Source: a virus
Lineage: Duplodnaviria > Caudoviricetes
IMG/VR virus record: IMGVR_UViG_3300035703_002708
Length of the DNA: 64,000 nt
Strand: one strand, 5' to 3'
Part shown: one piece after another, positions 20,141 to 31,853 of the stretch
Layout of the letters: every line of letters begins with the position of its first letter
How positions within the stretch are numbered: position 1 is the first letter of the stretch
Program-made: the position numbers and the translations under genes
The notes under the pieces: generated by a model
The model's database searches: none
What the model was told of the DNA's origin: nothing
The model's input: only the letters and a program-made list of their open reading frames with translations

Positions 20141-23100
20141 ATGAACCTAAAAGAATCCATAAAAAGAATATTAAAAGAAACCCGTGAAGAAAAGGTTAAG
20201 AACTTTATCTATTCAAAATTCGATAAAGTATTTGACGAATTGAATTTAGAGGTTGATTATGAGGAAAATAATTATGTTTATGGTAAATGGTCTGACAAAA
20301 ATAAACGAGAAGTATTCCACAGAAATGATTGGGGTTCTTTTTGGATTATCGAGTGCGAACCATACAGGACATTATACAGATATTCCAAATCCGTTGGTTT
20401 AGATTATGAAGAATTTGAAAAAATGCTTATTGACTATTTGAATGATAAATACAAAGAACAATTCCTTAACAAAAAATTCAAAAGTGTTGGGGATGAACTC
20501 TATTGTTTAGAAGATGAATCAATATGGAACTAAAAGAAGATAAACATTACGACTTCCTTTTTTTGGATTACAAATTCACAAAGGGTTTGGAGTTTGTAAT
20601 CAACAGGTTAATGAAAAGAAAGTTTGATTGGTTTAATTCATTCAAATTAAATTCGGTAATGGTCAATTCGATGAGTCCTTGGGAAGGAATACATGTATTT
20701 TATTTGGGAGTATTGAATGTTGATGAAAATTGGGGAGAGAAAATGTGGATTGAGGAAGGACAATATGGTAAATTTCCTGGTAATAGAGAATATGATTTTG
20801 ACAAATATAGTGGTGTATTACTTAACGAACTTGTAGGTTCAAGAATAATGTCAGAGATTTCTGAAGTGTTTAACTTTGCTTTCAGAGGAGTAAGACCAAT
20901 TGAAGATACACCGAGAGTGTCAAGAGTTGGAAGATTATTATTACATTTTGATAAAAGTAAAAAAGAAGATAATTTACAAGAAACAATCAAACGAGTATTG
21001 AAACAACAAACAGAACTAAAAGAAAGATGTTGGCCTGGTTATACTCAAAAAGGTATGAAAACTATGTTCGGTAAAAGATATCCTAACTGCGTAAAAAAGA
21101 AAAAGAAATGACACTCAGACAAACCATAAAAAAAGTCCTCAAAGAAAGCACCCGTGATGAGTTCATAGAAAAACTCAAAATCAAGCGAAAAGATTTGGGT
21201 TTGGTTAAAATGAGAAAACTTCTCGGAGGTTTCGATGAGTATATTAAGTTATTACACGACGGAGATTACGAGGACTTCTTCCAAAAAGAAATTAGAGATA
21301 AGTTTGATGATTATTTATCATTTTTAGTTAATAATTATTATGGACATCCTTGTGAATACGAAAACGAACATCAAATGATTGAAGTTATAAAATATGCCAT
21401 TATAGAGAGAATGTATTATGATTACTTTGGTGATTTAGATGATAACGGTAAAGAATGGAGAGAGATGTTTAATGTTATGGACGACCATATATATGGCAGT
21501 TGGGGCGAAAAACTCTCAGAGTATTACAATTTAAGATGCGGACATTATAAATGATGAGTAGTACAAGAAATGAATTAGATAAATCTGTCGTAAAAAAAAT
21601 GGAACTTGTATTAAACAGGTACCTGAAAAGATATGATTGGTTCAAAAAAATTGAACTTGAAACCATAGGTTACAGTCCATCTGAAAAGGTAAGTCATTTC
21701 GCACCTGTCGGAACAATATATGTTGATGGGGATTGGTTATATGAAAGATGGAGAGAATATCATTACGAAGGACCATTTCCTGATTTATATGATGAAGAAT
21801 TGGGGGTAAGTTTGGGTGATTTTATCGGTGGAGATTTATCAGAAAAATTAAGAGGTGAATTCATTACGACTTTTGTTGCCGTAACTGGCTATCTAAGACC
21901 AAAATACATTAGTTGGAGTTGGTTAAAAGTCAGAACAAAAGACGATGAAACACAAAATTTGAGAGAGTCAATCAGAAGAGTTTTGAAAGAGAATACACAA
22001 AGAGTTAGAATAGAAAAATTGATTGATAAAGTTGGTTTCGAAAACGCTTGTAAATCAGTTGGAGGTATTCAACAAATAGCGAAAATAATGGATGTTAGAC
22101 CAATTGAATTATTAGAAAAGTATTTCATCGGTAACAAGTTATCAACTCAAGATATAGACAAAGATGTTCCTGTTGGTGGATATGATTTTGATTTCAAACC
22201 AACCGCTATTTCAGAAAATTATATGGAGGGAATTTATATTGATTATACAATAACAAAAGGAACAATACATTTAATTTATGGTACTGGTGAAACATTTGAT
22301 TTATTTGACCCCTCTTTAAGAAAAAAAGAATATTGGTGGGAAATAGAATATGAATTACAAGATATTTTCAGAGATTATTCTATGATTTATTTGAGGAGAT
22401 TAAATTATAATATGGATGATGATACTGCGATATTTATTGAAGTTAATTTTGATGACAAGGCATGAAACTGAGACAGACCATAAAAAAAGTATTAAGGGAA
22501 TCAATTGAACTTGACCATTCAATCAGAAGAAGATTGAATGTAAATCAACAAGAAATGATTGACAGATATAAAAAAGAAGTCTTAAGAAATTTCAAATACG
22601 AAAAAGATTTGAAATTAATTATAGATAAATCATCGAGAGACGCTGCATTTGAAATCTTGGATTACATCGAAGCATGGCGTGATTTACCACAAGCAAAGGC
22701 TATGGATGAACTTTTAATTTTGAGTAAATACCTTTATAAGAATTATGGAGATATGATGATGGATTTTATTAGAAACACATTTGACGAAAATCATAAAGGT
22801 TTTGATGACTTTACATATGTGTTTCACAAACACTCAAACAGAAATGGTACAGGAAATGGATTTTCAGATGGATACCAAACTTGGTTCGAACTCCTCAAAG
22901 ATAAGGCAAGTTGGTTTTCCGATTTGAATTGGAATGAAATTAAATCTAAGTTAGACAAACAAAATGGACCTGCAAGTGTGCTCATCAAAAGTCCTGGCGA
23001 TGAAGGAAATATGTATAACTATTATTTCAGTATAAGAAAAGAACCAAGAAGATGAACCTACAAGAATCCATAAGAAGAATATTAAGGGAGGAAACTCGTT

Positions 23101-24527
23101 TTAACAAAATGGGGGAAGAAAGATATAAATCTTGTTCTATGTCAGATATTACTAGAATGGAAATAATAGATAATTTTCTAAAAAAAGTGGAAACAAACTC
23201 AAAGTATAATGAGGAAGAACCAAACTATGATATGTTACTTGATGATTGGGATGGGTATGATGACCAAGTTTATATTCAAAATCAATTAGACAAAGGGAAA
23301 ATTATATTCTATGAAGGGTGGGTTGATTCTTGTTGGTCTGCCGTATATAAAAAACCACAATATAAAGGGATGGATGAAGAAGAAGTTATTGATAATATAA
23401 TAACAAAAAGATTCCCAAGAATTGCCGAAGAGTTTAATATGACAATTGATGATTATGGGTATTTTAATAATGGTGATGGATATATAATGTATATAGTATT
23501 TAAAAGAATCTAATATGAACCTCAGAAACACCATAAAAAAAGTATTAGTTCAAGAAAGTAGAGCGCTTGAAACAATCAAGAACTATGTTGAAAAATATGG
23601 TTTATTGAGAACTTCTGAAATATTAGGATTATCTTTAACAGAAATTGTCAAAATAACAAATCATCCGATTAATACCGAGTTAGCCAACGAGTTGATTGTT
23701 GAAAACTTCAAAAATGGTAATTTAGACAGAACTTATAAAGAGTTCAAACTATCACTTGAATATGGTGATGTAATAGGTTGGTTTGGACAATTTGATAACG
23801 GACCTTTCGGAAATTATGTTGAGCAGTATTTTATTTACGCAACACCATATTACGATTATAAACAACAAATACCAGTAGATGTTTCTTGGTGTGATTTATT
23901 GAATCAAGATGATGGTAGTGTGAAAAGTATTGAAGGGGAGGGTAATTACTTTTTTAGTATAAATGTCCAAGATAATTTCAAATCGGTGGAACATTTATTT
24001 GATTGGTATAATAACTTTTATCTTCCTTTAACCTACGATGTAATAATGACTAAATTAGTTCCTGAAGTGAGAGATGACTTAGAATGGAAATACTTTGGTA
24101 AAAAATTCTAAATATGACAAAACAAGAAAAATTAAGAGATAAGTTAAGATTAATGACCAAAACAATTGGTGTGATTCAGATGATGAAATCAATTGGTCTC
24201 AAAGATTTATTAGAAAAAACTGAAGGTTTTGATTTCCTTACAGAAGAAGAGCTCGCAAAATCAATCCAAGAATGTGTTGATATTACAGGACCGATGCAAT
24301 ATAACGAATTGGGTATTCAACCAATATTGTGGAGAGAAACAAGAGATGAAATACACCAATTAGAATATTTCTCGGGAACAAGAGCGGTGGTCCAAGTATG
24401 GGAAGGATATAATTACGATACTGATGGAGGAGAATATCAAGTTTTTTATCATAGTATGAACAAAGACCAACTAATGTTAATTTTGTATGGTTTTTTAGAT
24501 TTTATAGAAACCGAAATGACTTTGTAA
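20141..24527 (+). CDS. tandem array of 8 mosaic hypothetical proteins (20141, 20524, 21108, 21551, 22462, 23052, 23515, 24114) sharing leader and other modules
   Basis: Coupled ORFs; most begin with or contain LxE(S/T)I(K/R)(K/R)(I/V)L(K/R)E. Confidence 0.8.
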
Positions 24528-24556
24528 AAAAAAAGTTTTATATTTGCCAATATCTT

Positions 24557-27500
24557 ATGAAACCAAAAGATAAGGCAATAGAATTAATCACCACTTTTGA
24601 TAAAATGTTATCACAAAGACACTACAAACCTGATGTAGAAACAAAGTTGTGTGCCTTAAAAGTTGTGGATGAGATTATAAAAAGTCGTCAAGAAGATAGT
24701 TCATTTGATGATAAAATGTTATCTTTGTCTGAATATCATTCACCTCACCCGATGTATTTGAGTTATTGGACACAAGTCAAACAAGAAATAAATAATCTAT
24801 TATGAGTGGAGGACATTTTAATTATAAACAATATGAAATTGGTCACATCGCTGAATCAATACAATCCGTAATTGAAAAAAACGGAAGGAAAAAGACCGAA
24901 GAAGAACTAAAAGATGAAAGGTGGGGATATTACGAACCTGACTATTACAAGAAATATCCTGAAGAATTATACCACTTCAAACATTCAGACGAGATTATAG
25001 AGAAATTCAAAGAGGCGGTTGATATATTACGAAAGGCTGAGGTTTATGCTCAAAGAATTGATTGGTATTTGTCAGGTGATGATGGAGATGAAACATTTAT
25101 AACACGACTTAAAGAAGATTTGGAAAAGTTATGAAAAAAGAATTTTTAACATACGAACAATCTCTCGATATGAGAGCGATAGGTTTTAATGAACCTTGTT
25201 TGGCGTATTACGACAAAGACGGAGATTTCTTGGGCGACATCTCAGTTAATGAAGATACTGACAATTTATATACAAACGCAGATTTTGTGATGTATCAGGA
25301 TTTCAAAGTTGCAGATGTATCGGCACCAACAATAACACAAGCACATAGATGGTTAAGACAAAAACATAATCTATATGGATGGACCTATACGAGTGATGGT
25401 GTTAAGTTTTTTTACACAGTATTATCAGATGGAAGATATGTCAGAGAAAATGGAAGTGGCGAAACTTTTGATGAAGCAGAACAGGAATGTTTAAACAAGC
25501 TAATTGAAATTGTAAAAAATAAATAATATGGAAAAAGAATTTGTGTCATATCAACAAGCATTAGAACTTAAAGAATTAGGATTTGATGAACCTTGTTTTG
25601 GGTGGTACGCTTCAGATAAGTCTCTGATAAAAGATTATGTGATAAAAATGCATTTGTTAGCACCAACATTCTCACAAGCATTTAGGTGGTTTAGGGAGAA
25701 GCATAAAATAGGAACTTGGATTCATCATTATTTTAACATGGATAAAGGTAATTTTGAATATAGTTTTGTAATAACATTACCATATAAAGATGATGGATAT
25801 GTTTATGAAAAACACGAAGAAGCAGAACTTGCCTGTTTAAACAAACTAATAGAAATTGTAAAAAATGAAATTAATAAAAATTGACACAGACCACTACATT
25901 ATTGTAGATGATTCAGAGATTAAAATTGGGGATTGGACACATAACATTTCGAGCAAAACTATCTTTATAGCAACAAATTCGTTAATTAATTTAATTAACT
26001 GCCCGAATGTTGTTCTAACCACAAACAAAAAAATCACTCACTCCACACAACCTTTAGGTGATAATAAAGACACTCAATATTTTCCAAATCAACCATATTA
26101 CCAAAAAAATGGTAGGTTGTCTCTCCAAGAAGTAAAAGAACTAATTGGTGAGGTTGAGCCCTTAAAGAATATGTGGTACGAAAGAAATGTACAAAATCCT
26201 TATCCAACAACTACTACATCATACACAGGTTTTAATAAAGGTTTTGAACTCGGTTACAACCAAGCCCTTGAAGATAACAAGGATAAGAAATATACAGAGG
26301 AGGATTTGAAGTATATGTTTGAATGCGGTAGAAACTATCAGAATAATGCTGAGATAACTTTTAAGGTGTCTATGGAATACCTCCAACCAAAAACAGAATG
26401 GGAAGTAGAATTTTTTGATGGTAAATTAAAAATTAAATAATATGAATAATTGGATGGGAGTGTTATTAACACTAATTGTTTTTTTTGGAATAATGTTTAT
26501 AGCATATTATTTAGACGAAATCAGAAAGAGTATTGATAAACTCAATAAATAAAAACATATGAACAAAGATAGAATTCAAATAGACGGAGTTTGGTATGTT
26601 AGAGAGGACAACCGAGAAGATGAACCAATTAAATTGGATGTTGTTGAGACACAAGGATGTGTTGCAGAAAACGAGGACTTTTGTTATGAAGCAACAATAA
26701 TTGCTAACGGTAAAGGTGGTTTTTATGATAGTGTCGATATCAAAGTTACCGATAAAAGACAAAAACCTTGGAAAGAAGACCATTGGGATAACAATAGTTG
26801 GATGTTAGGGATATTAGAAAATAATCCTGACTCATTAGAAGAGTTGGGATACTATACAAGAGACAATTTCAAATTTCTCCAAGCGTTTTTACAATACCTA
26901 AAAGATAAGGAGTGGTTATGAAAGATTGGACAACATTTAACGTAAAATATTTGGCAATACCATTTACTATGTTGGTGTTTGGTATGGTAATAGGATTCGG
27001 TTTATCTGAATCAAAAAAGAAACCGTCAAAAAAATATCCGATAGAAGTTCAGTGTTATTGGGCAACAAATGGATATGTAAGTTATCCAACTATGGAGTGT
27101 GACTCAATCAAAGGTGACACAATATGGAAAGACGGGAACAAAGTGGTAAATAAGAACATTATTAATATATCATTCCAATGACAGAAGAAAAATTTAAGGA
27201 GATTAAAGAACTCCAATCAAAAATTGAGAAAAAGCAAACAAACCTAAGAACAATTGATGGACTTCTTCAAAGTTGTGGTGTCGGGTGTAAAATAACGGGA
27301 ACACCAAGAAATTCTTTCAATTTCAAATTAGAATATCAATTTTCCGATAAATCACTTATAGTTCAAATATTAGAGTCCGAAAAAGAAAAAATATCAAATG
27401 AACTCAAAGAATTACAAAACCTTTTTGAAACATACTAATAAATAATAATATGAAAACTATTGACGATTTCATAAAAGAGTTGCAACGAATAAGTGAAGAT

Positions 27501-29843
27501 AAACGAAAGTTGCCATTAGTAATCCAAACTCCAAATGGGGAACTAACCTCACCATCCATAAAAATGATGTGGGATGAACCACTTATGATGTTTGAAAAAG
27601 AACCAGACAAAATGTTTATTGATTGGAGGTAATTATTTTATTATGAAAACAATATTAATCAAGGTTATATTCACATTACCATTTATGGTATTAGACATAA
27701 TTGTTTTACCCGTTCAGTTGATATATTGGATTTTTTCAGGTAAACTTTTAACGCCATTCACACAACAATTATGGGAAGCGGAGTAAAACCAAAAAATAAA
27801 CGAAAATGATAATTGAATTTCATAAGAACAAATTGGATGACCACGAATGGTGGTTTGATTTAGGTTTGGGTTATCAAAATACCGATTACTACGAATACAA
27901 AAAAGTATTCACCATAGGATTAGGTCTTGTAACAATTTATTTTAGATGGGGGAAACGATGACAGCAAAAGAAAGAGCAGAAGATTTGGTAAGTAAGTTTT
28001 TCTTCTTAACAGAAAATTTGGAAAATCAAAAAAAATGTGCTTTGACAACTGCGGACCAAATCATTTTGGAACAGTGTAAAAGTAGCGAAAAAAAAGATGC
28101 AAAATATCAAGATGAAAGATTGTCATATTGGTTTGAGGTAAAAAGAGAAATAGAAAATATATGAAAAAACAAACAGCAGTAGATTACCTGATAGAACAAT
28201 TAGAAGCGCCATGCAGAGGTATTCCATCTTTCATAATAGAAAAAGCAAGAGGAATTCAAAAAGAACAAATGAGATTGATATACGAAGGTATTTTACAAAA
28301 CGTGGGAACCTCAATCAAACAATCTGATTTACCAACATTTGAACAATACTATAATCGTTATTACGAAAATGAACCATAACCCATTCGGTCTCAAAGTAGG
28401 AGACACCGCAATTTTGGATAACCAAAGATGTGTAAAAATTATAAGTCAAACACCAAACGATATGTTTAGTGAAGTTAGGCCATTAGCATATTTCCTATCA
28501 ACAGAAGGAAAGTGGGAAAACTTGGACAATTATGAAGTTATGACAAACAGATTAACTCCATATTTCGGGACACATAAAGAACTCACAGTTAATAATGAGA
28601 TTTCAGATGAGGAGATACATAAAGCGGCAACCAATTATTCAAACTTTTATTATGAATTTAGAGCGGGTGCTCAGTGGTATAAAGAACAATTGAAAAACAT
28701 ATAACGAAACTTATGTATAAATCTTTCAAATTAACAAAACGACATAGTATAGCGTTTAATACTTTTCCTAAATCGGCCAAAAGTATCAAGACCAAAGTAC
28801 CTGCATATCACACAGGTATATGTAAATCAACGGATGAAATTAACCAATTTGATACTTATTTTTTTGTATTGGGTAGATTTAGAATAATGTGGTATGTTCA
28901 ACATAAACATAAATGTAGATTAACTAATGGGTAATAATAAACAAACGGCAGTAGAATGGTTAGAAAAAATATGTAATGATAGAGGTTATCATTTAATGGA
29001 AGACTATTTCAAACAAGCCAAAGCAATGGAGCGTGAGCAGATTGAAGAGGCTTATTATTCAGGAACTGCACAATTTGCAAATGACGCAAGGATAGATTAC
29101 CCTAAAACATCAGAAGAATACTACAACGAAACATACAAAGGAGGTTCAAATGAGTAAGATATTATGCTTTTTTGGTTGGCATAACTGGAGTACAACTTTA
29201 CAAGATTACTTAGATGAATATGGCACTTTGCCACTTGATGCTAAAATATCTTCAAAGTCAAAATGTTCAAGATGTGGCATAACATATAAAGGAGGTGAGC
29301 AATGAATAAACAAACAGCAGTTGAATGGTTAGAGAAAAAAATAAGTGACTTAGTGTCTGAGTATGTTTTAAAAAATTTATTTGAACAAGCCAAACAAATG
29401 GAGAAGGAGCAGATAATTGAATCCAATTACGATGGTCAGTCACTTCATGCGAAGTCCGTAACCAGTTTGATGATGAAAGATAATGCAGAACAATACTACA
29501 ACGAATTGTATAACAAATGAAACCCGAATATATAACTTGTGCGGCAATTTGGTATAAAGACCTACCAACTCAAACTTATCTACCAAAAAACATAGATAAG
29601 GGAATCGTTGTGTGTGGTCATAGACACAATAACTGTATTGATATTGTCAAAACTTTATCAGAGTTAAGGACCGTAAGATTTTCACCTGATGGAGTGGGTG
29701 AATCAATCCAAGGATTTATGACAAGTTATAATAGATTTGTGGATAGACAAGAAGCGATGGGAATCGCAAAAACAACAGGACAAATAGATGAATCAAAACT
29801 ATATAATCCAATGACAGGATTATTTTCAGAAGATATATATTAA
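24557..29843 (+). CDS. operon-like run of about 20 small hypothetical proteins with local paralog sets
   Basis: TATATTTG 24539-24546 at the head; ATGA overlaps; paralogs KEFxxYxQ...APTxxQAxRW (25131, 25528), KQTAVEWL (28161, 28927, 29302), and CAL..VDEII..YW..VK.EI (24557, 27946). Confidence 0.75.
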
Positions 29844-29849
29844 TTCTTA

Positions 29850-29881
29850 TTTGATTAGTTCGGAAATTATATATACATTTG
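29850..29881 (+). promoter_or_regulatory. Bacteroidota-type promoter of the + strand RNA operon (TTTG-N20-TACATTTG)
   Basis: Consensus match 9 nt upstream of tRNA-like RNA 1. Confidence 0.8.
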
Positions 29882-29890
29882 TGATGTAAT

Positions 29891-29999
29891 GGTCAGGTGG
29901 CGAAATGGTAGACGCATAGTGTTAGGTCTAATTAGACACGTTTGAAACAGAACTCCACTATTGTAGACGTACATACAGGTTCGAATCCTGTTCTGACCA
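29891..29999 (+). ncRNA. tRNA-like RNA 1 (class II frame, 34-nt expanded anticodon loop)
   Basis: Acceptor GGTCAGG/TCTGACC+A; D arm GCGAAATGGTAGACGC; stem ATAGTG/CACTAT; variable arm TGTA-GACG-TACA; T arm ACAGG-TTCGAAT-CCTGT; no encoded CCA. Confidence 0.8.
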
Positions 30000-30000
30000 C

Positions 30001-30214
30001 AATGAGTTAGAGATACTCAGCAGTCTTTGGTCCAAGACTCATTTAACAATGGACTCGCTCAAACCGGACAGCGGAACGCCGGTTCTTGGGGATAAAGGCG
30101 GCAGCACACCCCCTCCCAAGTAGTGTGGCTGTTTTAATGAGGGATGCCTCGGAGGTTTTTAAGAGAATAGAAAACCCAAATAACTACTCACCCGTAATCT
30201 CAAGGTGGGGAAAT
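30001..30214 (+). ncRNA. structured RNA(s) between tRNA-like 1 and 2
   Basis: GC-elevated chain of hairpins plus an H-type pseudoknot candidate (see findings). Confidence 0.55.
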
Positions 30215-30302
30215 GGTCAGATGGCGGAATTGGATAGACGCTACCCTATATTTGGGGGAGAGGTGAAAGAAACTCATACAGGTTCGAGACCTGTTCTGAC
30301 CA
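30215..30302 (+). ncRNA. tRNA-like RNA 2 (class II frame, degenerate anticodon arm)
   Basis: GGTCAGA/TCTGACC+A; GCGGAATTGGATAGACGC; CCCT-ATATTTG-GGGG; variable arm GAG..CTC; ACAGG-TTCGAGA-CCTGT. Confidence 0.75.
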
Positions 30303-30312
30303 CTATAACGCT

Positions 30313-30336
30313 CCTAAGATATATTTAGGTTTTCTT
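30313..30336 (+). terminator. weak intrinsic terminator closing the + RNA operon
   Basis: CCTAA-GATATAT-TTAGG followed by TTTTCTT. Confidence 0.5.
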
Positions 30337-30359
30337 ATATTTATATATAAAACAAAATT

Positions 30360-30608
30360 ATGGAACACGAAATGAGAAAATACATAGACACTTTCAAACA
30401 GAAACTAACTGAATCAGAAAACTTGAATATAACTGATGATATGTTTAGTTTTTCTGATATGATAGGATTCACAAGATGGATTCTTCAAGGTGATGATTTT
30501 GGTAATATAACACGTTATATTTACATAGAAACGAAAGATGATTTCATTGATGACGATGGTAATAGATACTCTTGGGAAGATTTATATAAGATATATCAGG
30601 AAAATTGA
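30360..30608 (+). CDS. hypothetical protein with LTESE leader
   Basis: TATTTAT 30338-30344 upstream. Confidence 0.65.
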   Translation: MEHEMRKYIDTFKQKLTESENLNITDDMFSFSDMIGFTRWILQGDDFGNITRYIYIETKDDFIDDDGNRYSWEDLYKIYQEN

Positions 30609-30633
30609 TTATAACGTCTGATAAATAATAGAT

Positions 30634-30951
30634 ATGAAAAACTCGCTAATAATTTTATTCGGTATTATTATATTAATGTCGTGTAATGTCGGGAAAACCA
30701 AAATAAATAAAATCACTAAGAAAGAAATGTCCGAATACAATATCATTCGAGACACCGTATATCACAATAACGAAAAAATTGCATATCTTAATCTAATTGA
30801 GTGGGAATATTTTAATGGTAATCTTATTCAAGAAATATCAATTGTTCAATTTAATCCATCGGAACAAGATAAGACAATCAAACTTATTTCATACGTTCAT
30901 ACAAAACACCCCAAAGCAAAAATCGAAGTCAAATTTAAGAATGATAAGTAA
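30634..30951 (+). CDS. putative lipoprotein
   Basis: MKNSLIILFGIIILMS-C lipobox. Confidence 0.7.
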   Translation: MKNSLIILFGIIILMSCNVGKTKINKITKKEMSEYNIIRDTVYHNNEKIAYLNLIEWEYFNGNLIQEISIVQFNPSEQDKTIKLISYVHTKHPKAKIEVKFKNDK

Positions 30952-30953
30952 AA

Positions 30954-31262
30954 TTAAATCTTACCACCACTATATTCATAACCCTCTCCACAATTAAAAT
31001 AACAATTCACACTCTTTTTTTCAGAGAAGGGATTATCTTGGTCGGGGAAATATCGTATTAGAAAATTAACTTCCTTGTAGATTTGATTTTGCATTTCAGA
31101 AGATAAACATTCTTCGGTTGTAAATAATACATTGTAATGAATCCCAAGGAAATTAGAAAAAAAACTTATACCTTCCATTTGGTCCTGAACAATAACATTA
31201 GTTAAAACGGGATATTTTCGTAAAATCACTTTGCGGATGGCATTTTCATATACTTCAATCAT
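30954..31262 (-). CDS. hypothetical protein (dispersed paralog family)
   Basis: Start is likely ATG 31262 (MIEVYENAIRKVILRKYP). Confidence 0.65.
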   Translation of the reverse strand: MIEVYENAIRKVILRKYPVLTNVIVQDQMEGISFFSNFLGIHYNVLFTTEECLSSEMQNQIYKEVNFLIRYFPDQDNPFSEKKSVNCYFNCGEGYEYSGGKI

Positions 31263-31266
31263 AACA

Positions 31267-31280
31267 ATAAATATATTTAT
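31267..31280. promoter_or_regulatory. palindromic bidirectional TATTTAT element
   Basis: ATAAATATATTTAT is a perfect 14-bp palindrome between divergent ATGs 31262 and 31296. Confidence 0.6.
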
Positions 31281-31295
31281 ATCATAAAAGAAGTA

Positions 31296-31712
31296 ATGAA
31301 ACAATTAAGAAAGTCCATCAAATCTATAATAAGACAATACCTGACCGAGAGTTACAATAATCCACACTTAATAGAAGTAAAACCAAATAAGTATGTTTAT
31401 CATACATCCAACCCTTTATTCAGAGATAAAATAGCAGAACAAGGATTAACACCGAAAGGTAAAAGTGAAAGTTGGTTAGAAGATACAAAAATAGAAGGAA
31501 AAGTAATATTTGCGGTTAACAGTAATGACAGAAATTATATGTGGGATTCAACTTATGATGATGATATATATAGAATCAATACAACTAAACTAAATAATAC
31601 TTGGTATAACGACCCCAATTTCGATGAAGACGGAATACATATCATTACATTCGAAAGTATACCAAGAAACGCAATCAAACTAATTTATAAAGGAACAGGG
31701 AAATGGTCGTAG
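31296..31712 (+). CDS. ADP-ribosyltransferase-fold-like protein with LTE leader
   Basis: YVYHTS....DKI..QGLTP strand-1 motif and VIFA strand, typical of small ART/KptA-like domains. Confidence 0.55.
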   Translation: MKQLRKSIKSIIRQYLTESYNNPHLIEVKPNKYVYHTSNPLFRDKIAEQGLTPKGKSESWLEDTKIEGKVIFAVNSNDRNYMWDSTYDDDIYRINTTKLNNTWYNDPNFDEDGIHIITFESIPRNAIKLIYKGTGKWS

Positions 31713-31816
31713 GGTTATTTAAGGTAAATCATTCACTCACCCCACTTCGGTAGTTGTTCCCCCATAAAGGGGTCACAAAACCTCCGTTCATTCGTTCATA
31801 ATTTACCTTAAAACCC
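31712..31816. repeat. inverted-repeat element
   Basis: TTTAAGGTAAAT 31718-31729 pairs with ATTTACCTTAAA 31801-31812, extended by GGGT/ACCC; internal CATTCACTCAC, CGTTCATTCGTTCAT and CCCC-ATAAA-GGGG. Confidence 0.65.
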
Positions 31817-31853
31817 CCACTTATATAATACACCAAAAAGAGGGGTCCATTAA

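Noticed and set aside
19681-24111. Diversity-generating retroelement behind the repeated leaders
   Set aside because: No reverse transcriptase in the window; the differences are spread over synonymous sites rather than confined to adenines, and lie at N-termini.
30001-30214. tmRNA, RNase P or SRP RNA identity for the spacer RNA
   Set aside because: No GGGG(C/A)..TCCACCA tRNA-Ala-like ends or tag ORF, no RNase P P4 consensus, and no SRP GNRA domain IV motif was recognisable.
30086-30328. Tracked 80-aa ORF
   Set aside because: TTG start, no upstream motif, and it overlaps tRNA mimic 2 and the structured RNA.
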